From: an uncultured Thiomicrospira sp.
GTDB lineage: Bacteria > Pseudomonadota > Gammaproteobacteria > CAKMZV01
Length of the DNA: 64,000 bases
Assembly: GCA_965195345.1 (NCBI GenBank)
Contig: OZ239628.1
Location: forward strand, 256,001-320,000
Direction: 5' to 3'
The notes under the pieces were generated by a model that saw only the letters and a program-made list of their open reading frames with translations, did not search any database and had not been told where the DNA came from. The translations under genes and the position numbers were made by a program. Below, one piece after another: positions 35,501-47,500 of the stretch (the stretch's first letter is position 1; each line of letters starts with the position of its first letter).

Positions 35501-38500
35501 TGAAGACTTTAGTCCGAATTTTGTCATTAACGTCACGGCAACGGATACAGAGGATGGGGTATTGGCTTTTAGTGTGAGCACAGGAGCATCCGTTGTAACG
35601 CTGTCTCAGATAACAACCAATAGCATCACATTATCTGCAATCCCCAATGCAAGTGGCATTGTGACATTGACGCTCACAGCAACGGACAGTGGTGTATTGA
35701 CAGCAACGACGGAAGTTGTTGTGACAGTTAATTCCATTAACGACCCACCAACGATTGATGTATCAACCAATGCGCTTACGTTGAATGAAGACTTTAGTCC
35801 GAATTTTGTCATTAACGTCACGGCAACGGATACAGAGGATGGAGTATTGGCTTTTAGTGTGAGCACAGGAGGATCCGTTGTAACGCTGTCGCAGATAACA
35901 ACCAATAGCATCACATTATCTGCAATCCCCAATGTAAGTGGCATTGTGACATTAACGCTCACAGCAACGGACAGTGGTGGATCGGCAGCAACGACGGAAG
36001 TTGTCGTGACAGTTAATCCCTTTAACGACCCACCCACGATTGAAGTATCAACCAATGCGCTTACGTTGAATGAAGACTTTAGTCCGGATTTTGTCATTAA
36101 CGTCACGGCAACGGATACAGAGGATGGGGTATTGGCTTTTAGTGTGAGCACAGGAGGATCCGTTGTAACGCTGTCGCAGATAACAACCGATAGCATCACA
36201 TTATCTGCAATCCCCAATGCGAATGGCATTGTGACATTGACGCTCACAGCAACGGACAGTGGTGGATCGGCAGCAACGACGGAAGTTGTTGTGACAGTTA
36301 ATTCCATTAACGACCCACCAACGATTGATGTATCAACCAATGCGCTTACGTTAAATGAAGACTTTAGTCCGGATTTTGTCATTAACGTCACGGCAACGGA
36401 TGCAGAGGATGGAGTATTGACTTTTAGTGTGAGCACAGGAGGATCCGTTGTAACGCTGTCGCAGATAACAACCGATAGCATCACATTATCTGCAATCCCC
36501 AATGTAAGTGGCATTGTGACATTAACGCTCACAACAACAGACAGTATTGGAGTGGCAGCAACGACGGAAGTTGTCGTGACAGTTAGTCCCATTAACGACC
36601 CACCAACGATTGAAGTATCAACCAATCTGCTAACGCTGATTGATAACGTTGCATCTTTTGTGATCAATGCGACGGCAACGGATACAGAGGACGGGGTATT
36701 GGCTTTTAGTGTGAGCACATCCTCGCTTGTCACGGTGTCACAAATAACAACCAATAGCTTCACATTAATTCCTGTTATAGATGCCATTGGAACAGCAACG
36801 TTAACGGTTTCAGCGGTTGATAGTGGCACGTTGCGTGCATCAACTGAAATTGTGGTATTGGTTCGCCCGTTTAACAACACACCAACCTTAACGCTATCAA
36901 CGAACGTGGTAACGGTGTTTGAAAACTATGCAGCTTTTAATATTCTTGCGGTATCAAATGATGTAGAGGGACCGGCAGGTGAGTTTGGCATTACAGCGCA
37001 AGGTCAACCTCCTGGGGCGCCAAGGATTCGTATCAGATTTGGTAACCTCAGTTCACGGACTACTTCAAATGGTTTATTTGAGGCAACACAAGTTATTCAA
37101 ATCGACTCTGGTGTGGCTGATGGTTTTACTCTCCCATTGACTGTTACTGGGACTATATTCACAAGAGATAGCACTTCAGGCGATATCACGCGATTGACTG
37201 CAACACAGCTATTTACGATGATAGTTCTTGAGAATGGTAATGCTGGTTTTCAAGTGAGCACTGATTCAGTTACTGTTCGTGAGGGCGGTGTTTCTTCCAC
37301 TTTTGCTGTTTCGCTCACATCTCAGATAGATCCAGGCGGTTCAATTAATTTGATTCCTTCCCCCGCGATGTTTGGTTTGCCGACACAAGAATTAACCTTT
37401 AATCCACCGTCATTGACGTTTACTAATGCAGATGGTATAGCGTCGCAAACGATTACGGTTTCTGCGGTGGATGATTTTATTGATGAGGATACAGAAACGA
37501 TAGTGGTTTCATTCACAGTCACGAGTACGAATTCTATTGGACAGGCTTATATAGCGGATGCGGGCGCGGTCCCGACGTTGAACGTAAGTGTTATAGACAA
37601 CGACACGGCGGGGATTAGCGTGAGCCCATTGGCATTAACAGTTTCGGAAGCTGGAGGGATGGCTACGATAGCGGTTCGATTGGATGCTCAGCCTGAAAGT
37701 ACGGTTGTGATTAACGTTTCGACAACAGGGGTGTTTATTCGTGAATTTGTGAAGACGGTTACAGTAAGCGATGTATTGCTCAGCTTTACTTCGTTGAGTT
37801 GGCAGACGCCACAGACGATTACGATCACGGGTCAGGATAATGATTTTGATGATGGTACTCAGATGGTAGCGGTTAGTTTTGCTTCAACGGTTGTATCGGG
37901 TGCGGACACGAATACGCAATCGCATTGGGCGGGCGCACAGAGTCAGTTAGCGACGGTACCAGTTACGATATTGGACGATGATACAGCGAGTGTAGTAGTG
38001 AGTGCTTTGAGCACAAACGTTTTGAGGGAGAGTGTGGCGAATGATTCATTGACCTTCACAATTCGTTTGGGCGCTAGACCGTTTGATCCAGTAACTGGTA
38101 ATATTGGGTTATTGAATGAACTCGTTGGTGGTTTGGTTGATTCGACACTTAGTACCACGCGTTTAAGCTTTAGTACGGGTACATCAAGTTGGCAGACGTT
38201 ACAAACGGTTACGGTTACGGTATTGGATGATGATTTTGATGATGGTACACGTATTACAACGTTGACGATATCTGCATCATCTGCAGAGTTTGGTTTCAAC
38301 AACGTCCCAACTCAAACACGCGTCTATCAAACCCTTGATGATGACACGCGTGGTTTGTTTGTTAACCCGTCGAGCTTGACGGTAACAGAAGGGAGTGCGA
38401 CTTCGGCGTTTGAAGTACGCTTGACAAGTCGTCCGTTTGGTTCAGTGGTTGATGTATCTTTTAGTAGTGAACATAGTTTTGTTTTTGGTACGGATGTTCC

Positions 38501-41500
38501 GAATCAATCGTTCTTGAGTACGAGTAATATTCAATTTGGTACGAACGCTAGTGATTGGCAGACGCCGCAGACAATTACGGTTACGGCGTTTGATGATTTT
38601 GTTGATGATGGTACGCAGACATCGACATATACTTTGAATGTATCGGGTGGTGATTATGGTCCGAGTGAGAATGCGACGTTAACGGTTTTAGCGTTGGATG
38701 ATGATACGGCAGGATTTGTGGTGGCGCCGTTATTCACGACACTCATAGAAGCGGCTAGTGCAGCAGCTGCAGATCGGAGTGATGTTATAGAGATCAGAGC
38801 CCAATCACAACCGACAGGTACGATAACGTTATTGGTTAATACGACGAGCAGTGATGGTTCGGATCAGCTAACGTTATCGAATTCGAGTGCTTCATCGAAC
38901 AGCAGTATTCGTTTGTCGTTTACTTCACAGACGTGGAATACGCCGTTGCTATTCACGGTTACGGCGATAGATGAGTTGATCAATGACGATGGTGCGCATA
39001 CAACGGTAAGTTTTAGTGTGGATACTACAGGCGTTATTAGTGGGTACAGTGCGGCAACGCCATTGGATCCGGTGCGTGTTGCTATTACTGATAATGAGGG
39101 CTCTGGTTTTCAAGTGAGCCCTAGTTCAGTTACTGTTAGTGAGGGCGGTGGTTTTTCCACTTTTGCTGTTTCGCTCACTTCTCAGATACCTGCAGGCGGT
39201 GTAATTTATTTGACTCCTTCCCCCGAGATGGTTGGTCTATCGACACAAGAATTGACCTTTAATCCATCGTCATTGACGTTTACTAATGCAAATGGTTTAG
39301 CGGCGCAAACGATTACGGTTTTTGCGGTGGATGATTTTATTGCTGAGGATACAGAAACGATAGCGGTTTCATTCACAGTCACGACTGCGGATCCTGTTGG
39401 ACAGACTTATATATCGAATCCGGACTTTACGCCTTCGACGTTGAGCGTACGTATTATAGACAACGACACGGCTGGGATTAGCGTGAGTCCATCGGCATTA
39501 ACAATTTCGGAAGCTGGAGGGATGGCTACGATAGCGGTTCGATTGGATGCTCAGCCTGAAAGTACGGTTGTGATTAACGTTTCGACAACAGGGGTGAGTC
39601 TTCTTGACGTTGAAAAATCGGTTACATTAAGCAATGCATTACTCAGCTTTACTCCGTATCCTTCGTTGAGTTGGCAGACGCCACAGACGATTATGGTCAC
39701 GGGTCAAGATGATGATTTTGCTGATGGTACCCAGACGGTATCGGTTAGTTTTGCTTCAACGGTTGTATCGGGTGCGGACACGAATACGCAATCGCATTGG
39801 GCGGGCGCACAGAGTCAGTTATCGACGGTACCGGTTACGATATTGGACGATGATACAGCGAGTGTAGTAGTGAGTGCTTTGAGCACAAACGTTTTGAGGG
39901 AGAGTGTGGCGAATGATTCATTGACCTTCACAATTCGTTTAGGCGCTAGACCGCTTTCAACAGTAACTGTTGTTGTTGGGTTAATGAATGAACTCGTTGG
40001 TGGCTTGGTTGATTCGACACTTAGTGCCACGCGTTTAAGCTTTAGTACGAGTGCATCAAGTTGGCAAACGCCACAAACGGTTACGGCTACGGTATTGGAT
40101 GATGATTTTGATGATGGTACACGCAATACAACGTTGACGATATCTGCATCATCTATTCAGCCTGCTTACAACGAATTAGCAACTCAAACACGCGTCTATC
40201 AAACCCTTGATGATGACACGCGTGGTTTGTCTGTTAACCCGTTGAACTCGACGGTAACAGAAGGGGGTGCGACTTCGACGTTTGAAGTACGCTTGACAAG
40301 TCGTCCGTTTGGTTCAGTGGTTGATGTATCTTTTAGTAGTGAACATAGTTTTGTTTTTGGTACGGATGTTCCGAATCAATCGTTCTTGAGTACGAGTAAT
40401 ATTCAATTTGGTACGAGTGCATCAAGTTGGCAGACGGCGCAGACAATTACGGTTACGGCGTTTGATGATTTTGTTGATGATGGTACGCAGACATCGACAT
40501 ATACTTTGAATGTATCGGGTGGTGATTATGGTCCGAGTGAGAATGCGAGGTTAACGGTTTCAGCGTTGGATAATGATACGGCAGGATTTGTGGTGGCGCC
40601 GTTATTCACGACACTCACGGAAGCGAGTGGTGCAAGTCAGACTGATGAGATAGAGATCAGAGCCCAATCACAACCAACAGGTACGATAACGTTATTGGTT
40701 AATACGGCGAGCAGTGATGGTTTGGATCAGCTAACGTTATTGAATTCGAGTGCTTCATCGAACAGCAGTATTCGTTTGACGTTTACTTCACAGAGTTGGA
40801 ATACGCCGTTGCTATTGACGGTTAGGGCTATAGATGAGTCGTTCAATGACGTTGATGCGCATACAACGGTAAGTTTTAGTGTGGATACTACAGGCGTTAT
40901 TAGTGGGTACAGTGCTGCAACGGCATTGGATTCGGTGCGTGTTGCCATTATTGATAATGAGAATGCTGGTTTTCAAGTGGACCCTGGTTCAGTTACTGTT
41001 AGTGAGGACGGTAGTTCTGCCACTTTTGCTGTTTCGCTCACTTCTCAGATACGTGGAGGCGGTTCAATTAATTTGACTCCTACCCCGGAGATGGTTGGTC
41101 TATCGACACAAGAATTGACCTTTGATCCACCGTCATTAACGTTTACTAGCGCAAATGGTTTAGCGTCGCAAACGATGACGGTTTTTGCGGTGGATGATTT
41201 TATTGATGAGGATACAGAAACGATAGCGGTTCCATTCACAGCCACGAGTACGGATACTATTGGACAACAATACATAGAGGATCCGAGCTTTATGGCCTCG
41301 ACGTTGAACGTAACTATTATAGACAACGACACGGCTGGGATTAGCGTGAGCCCATTGGCATTAACAATTTCGGAAGCTGGAGGGACGGCTACGATAGCAG
41401 TTCGATTGGATGCCCAGCCTGAAAGTACGGTTGTGATTAACGTTTCGACAACAGGGGTGAATTTTTCTGAATTTGTGAAGACGGTTACATTAAGCGATGT

Positions 41501-44500
41501 ATTGCTCAGCTTTACTTCGTTGAGTTGGCAGACGACACAGACGATTACGCTCACGGGTCAAGATAATGATTTTTTTGATGCTACCCAGACGGTATCGGTT
41601 AGTTTTGCTTCAACGGTTGTATCGGGTGCGGACACGAATACGCAATCGCATTGGGCGGGCGCACAGAGTCAGTTATCGACGGTAGCGGTTACGATATTGG
41701 ACGATGATACAGCGAGTGTAGTAGTGAGTGCTTTGAGCACAAACGTTTTGAGGGAGAGTGTGGCGAATGATTCATTGACCTTCACAATTCGTTTAAGTAG
41801 TAGACCGTTTAATCAAGTAAATGTTGATGTTGGGTTATTGAATGAACTCGTTGGTGGCTTGGTTGATTCGACACTTAGTGCCACGCGTTTAAGCTTTAGT
41901 ACGGGTACATCAAGTTGGCAAACGCCACAAACGGTTACGGTTACGGTATTGGATGATGATTTTGATGATGGTACACGCAATACAACGTTGACAATATCTT
42001 CTGTATCATCTAATGACCCTGCTTACAACGCATTAGCGGATCAAACACGCGTCTATCAAACCCTTGATGATGACACGCGTGGTTTGTCTGTTAACCCGTT
42101 GAACTTGACGGTAACAGAAGGGGGTGCGACTTCGACGTTTGAAGTACGCTTGACAAGTCGTCCGTTTGGTTCAGTGGTTGATGTATCTTTTAGTAGTGAA
42201 CATAGTTTTGTTTTTGGTACGGATGTTCCGAATCAATCGTTCTTGAGTACGAGTAATATTCAATTTGGTACGAGTGCATCAAGTTGGCAGACGGCGCAAA
42301 CGGTTACGGTTACGGCGTTTGATGATTTTGTTGATGATGGTACGCAGACATCGACATATACTTTGAATGTATCGGGTGGTGATTATGGTCCGAGTGAGAA
42401 TGCGACGTTAACGGTTTTAGCGTTGGATGATGATACGGCAGGATTTGTGGTGGCGCCGTTATTCACGACACTCACGGAATCGGCTAGTTCAAATCAGGAT
42501 GTTATAGAGATCAGAGCCCAATCACAACCGACAGGTACGATAACGTTATTGGTTAATACGACGAGCAGTGATGGTTCGGATCAGCTAACGTTATCGAATT
42601 CGAGTGCTTCATCGAACAGCAGTATTCTTTTGGCGTTTACTTCACAGAGTTGGAATACGCCGTTGCTATTGACGGTTACGGCGATAGATGAGTTGATCAA
42701 TGACGATGGTGCGCATACAACGATAAGTTTGAGTGTGGATACTACAGGCGTTATTAGTGGTTACAGTGCTGCAACGGCATTGGATTCGGTGCGTGTTGCC
42801 ATTATTGATAATGAGAGTCCTGGTTTTCAAGTGAGGCCTCCTTCAGTTATTGTTAGTGAGGACGGTAGTTCTGTCACTTTTGGTGTTTCGCTCACTGCTC
42901 AGATAGCTGCAGGCGGTTCAATTGTTTTAATTCCTTCCCCCGAGATGTTTGGTCTATCGACACAAGAATTGACCTTTAATCCAGCGTCATTAACGTTTAC
43001 TAGCGCAAATGGTTTAGCGTCGCAAACGATGACGGTTTCTGCGGTGGATGATTTTATTGATGAGGATACAGAAACGATAGCGGTTCCATTCACAGCTACG
43101 AGTACGAATACTACTGGACAGGCTTATATAGCGGATGCAGACTTTACATTCTCGACGTTGAGCGTAAATGTTATAGACAACGACACGGCTGGGATTAGCG
43201 TGAGTCCATTGGCATTAACAGTTTCGGAAGCTGGAGGGACGGCTACGATAGCGGTTCGATTGGATGCCCAGCCTGAAAGTACGGTTGTGATTAACGTTTC
43301 GACAACAGGGGTGAATTTTTCTGAATTTGTGAAGACGGTTACATTAAGCGATGTATTGCTCAGCTTTACTTCGTTGAGTTGGCAGACGACACAGACGATT
43401 ACGCTCACGGGTCAAGATAATGATTTTTTTGATGCTACCCAGACGGTATCGGTTAGTTTTGCTTCAACGGTTGTATCGGGTGCGGACACGAATACGCAAT
43501 CGCATTGGGCGGGCGCACAGAGTCAGTTATCGACGGTAGCGGTTACGATATTGGACGATGATACAGCGAGTGTAGTAGTGAGTGCTTTGAGCACAAACGT
43601 TTTGAGGGAGAGTGTGGCGAATGATTCATTGACCTTCACAATTCGTTTAAGTAGTAGACCGTTTAATCAAGTAAATGTTGATGTTGGGTTATTGAATGAA
43701 CTCGTTGGTGGCTTGGTTGATTCGACACTTAGTGCCACGCGTTATATTTTTAGTACGGGTACATCAAGTTGGCAAACGCCACAAACGGTTACGGTTACGG
43801 TATTGGATGATGATTTTGATGATGGTACACGTATTACAACGTTGACGATATCTTCTGTATCATCTAATGACCCTGCTTACAACGCATTAGCGGATCAAAC
43901 ACGCGTCTATCAAACCCTTGATGATGACACGCGTGGTTTGTCTGTTAACCCGTTGAACTTGACGGTAACAGAAGGGGGTGCGACTTCGACGTTTGAAGTA
44001 CGCTTGACAAGTCGTCCGTTTGGTTCAGTGGTTGATGTATCTTTTAGCAGTGTACATAGTTTTGTTTTTGGTACGGATGTTCCGAATCAATCGTTCTTGA
44101 GTACGAGTAATATTCAATTTGGTACGAATGCATCAAGTTGGCAGACGGCGCAGACAATTACGGTTACGGCGTTTGATGATTTTGTTGATGATGGTACGCA
44201 GACATCGACATATACTTTGAATGTATCGGGTGGTGATTATGGTTCGAGTGAGGATGAGACGTTAACGGTTTCAGCGTTGGATAATGATACGGCAGGATTT
44301 GTGGTGGCACCGTTATTCACGACAATCACGGAATCGGCTAGTTCAAATCAGGATGTTATAGAGATCAGAGCCCAATCACAACCAACAGGTACGATAACGT
44401 TATTGGTTAATACGACGAGCAGTGATGGTTCGGATCAGCTAACGTTATCGAATTCGAGTGCTTCATCGAACAGCAGTATTCGTTTGTCGTTTACTTCACA

Positions 44501-47500
44501 GACGTGGAATACGCCGTTGCTATTCACGGTTACGGCGATAGATGAGTTGATCAATGACGATGGTGCGCATACAACGGTAAGTTTGAGTGTGGATACCACA
44601 GGCGTTATTAGTGGGTACAGTGCGGCAACGCCATTGGATCCGGTGCGTGTTGCCATTATTGATAATGAGAGTCCTGGTTTTCAAGTGAGGCCTCCTTCAG
44701 TTACTGTTAGTGAGGACGGTAGTTCTGCCACTTTTGGTGTTTCGCTCACTGCTCAGATAGCTGCAGGTGGTTCAATTGTTTTAATTCCTTCCCCCGAGAT
44801 GTTTGGTCTATCGACACAAGAATTGACCTTTGATCCACCGTCATTAACGTTTACTAATGCAAATGGTTTAGCGTCGCAAACGATGACGGTTTTTGCGGTG
44901 GATGATTTTATTGCTGAGGATACAGAAACGATAGCGGTTCCATTCACAGCCACGAGTACGAATACTACTGGACAGGCTTATATAGCGGATGCAGACTTTA
45001 CATTCTCGACGTTGAGCGTGAATGTTGTAGACAACGACACGGCTGGGATTAGCGTGAGTCCATCGGCATTAACAATTTCGGAAGCTGGAGGGATGGGTAC
45101 GATAGAGGTTCGATTGGATGCTCAACCTGAAAGTACGGTTGTGATTAACGTTTCGACAACAGGGGTGAATTTTTCTGAATTTGTGAAGACGGTTACAGTA
45201 AGCGATGTATTGCTCAGCTTTACTTCGTTGAGTTGGCAGACGACACAGACGATTACGCTCACGGGTCAAGATAATGATTTTGATGATGGTAATCAGACGG
45301 TATCGGTTAGTTTTGCTTCAACGGTAGTATCGGGGGCGGACACGAATACGCAATCGCATTGGGCGGGCGCACAGAGTCAGTTATCGACGGTAGCGGTTAC
45401 GATACTGGACGATGATACAGCGAGTGTAGTAGTGAGTGCTTTGAGCACAAACGTTTTGAGGGAGAGTGTGGCGAATGATTCATTGACCTTCACAATCCGC
45501 TTAGGTAGTAGACCGTTTAATCTAGTAAATGTTGATGTTGGGTTATTGAATGAACTCGTTGGTGGTTTGGTTGATTCGACACTTAGTGCCACGCGTTTAA
45601 GCTTTAGTACGGGTACATCAAGCTGGCAGACGTTACAAACGGTTACGGCTACGGTATTGGATGATGATTTTGATGATGGTACACGTATTACAACGTTGAC
45701 GATATCTTCTGTATCATCTTCTGACCCTGCTTACAACGAATTAGCAACTCAAACACGCGTCTATCAAACCCTTGATGATGACACGCGTGGTTTGTCTGTT
45801 AACCCGTTGAACTCGACGGTAACAGAAGGGGGTGCGACTTCGACGTTTGAAGTACGCTTGACAAGTCGTCCGTTTGGTTCAGTGGTTGATGTATCTTTTA
45901 GCAGTGTACATAGTTTTGTTTTTGGTACGGATGTTCCGAATCAATCGTTCTTGAGTACGAGTAATATTCAATTTGGTACGAGTGCATCAAGTTGGCAGAC
46001 GGCGCAGACAATTACGGTTACGGCGTTTGATGATTTTGTTGATGATGGTACGCAGACATCGACATATACTTTGAATGTATCGGGTGGTGATTATGGTCCG
46101 AGTGAGAATGCGACGTTAACGGTTTTAGCGTTGGATGATGATACGGCAGGATTTGTGGTGGCGCCGTTATTCACGACACTCACGGAAGCGCTTGGTCAAG
46201 ACCAAAATGAAATTATAGAGATCAGACCCCAATCACAACCAACAGCTACGATAACGTTATTGGTTAACACGACGAGCAGTGATGGTTCGGATCAGCTAAC
46301 GTTATCGAATTCGAGTGCTTCATCGAACAGCAGTATTCTTTTGACGTTTACTTCACAGAGTTGGAATACGCCGTTGCTATTGGTGATTACGGCGATAGAT
46401 GAGTTGATCAATGACGATGGTGCGCATGCAACGATAAGTTTGAGTGTGGATACTACAGGCGTTATTAGTGGGTACAGTGCTGCAACGCCATTGGATCCGG
46501 TGCGTGTTACCATTATTGATAATGAGAGGCCTGGTTTTCAAGTGAGCCCTAGTTCAGTTACTGTTAGTGAGGACGGTGTTTCTGCCATTTTTGGTGTTTC
46601 GCTCACTGCTCAGATAGCTGCAGGCGGTTCAATTGTTTTAATTCCTTCCCCCGAGATGTTTGGTCTATCGACACAAGAATTGACCTTTAATCCATCGTCA
46701 TTAACGTTTACTAATGCAAATGGTTTAGCGTCGCAAACGATGACGGTTTCTGCGGTGGATGATTTTATTGATGAGGATACAGAAACGATAGCGGTTTCAT
46801 TCACAGCCACGAGTACGAATACTACTGGACAGGCTTATATAGCGGATGCGGACTTTATATTCTCGACGTTGAACGTAACTATTATAGACAACGACACGGC
46901 TGGGATCAGCGTGAGCCCATCGGCATTAACAGTTTCGGAAGCTGGAGGGACGGCTACGATAGCAGTTCGATTGGATGCTCAGCCTGAAAGTACGGTTGTG
47001 ATTAACGTTTCGACAACAGGGGTGAATTTTTCTGAATTTGTGAAGACGGTTACAGTAAGCGATGTATTGCTCAGCTTTACTTCGTTGAGTTGGCAGACGA
47101 CACAGACGATTACGCTCACGGGTCAAGATAATGATTTTGATGATGGTACCCAGACGGTATCGGTTAGTTTTGCTTCAACGGTTGTATCGGGTGCGGACAC
47201 GAATACGCAATCGCATTGGGCGGGCGCACAGAGTCAGTTATCGACGGTAGCGGTTACGATATTGGACGATGATACAGCGAGTGTAGTAGTGAGTGCTTTG
47301 AGCACAAACGTTTTGAGGGAGAGTGTGGCGAATGATTCATTGACCTTCACAATTCGCTTAGGTAGTAGACCGTTTGATCCAGTAACTGTTGATGTTGGGT
47401 TATTGAATGAACTCGTTGGTGGTTTGGTTGATTCGACACTTAGTGCCACGCGTTTAAGCTTTAGTACGGGTACATCAAGTTGGCAGACGTTACAAACGGT

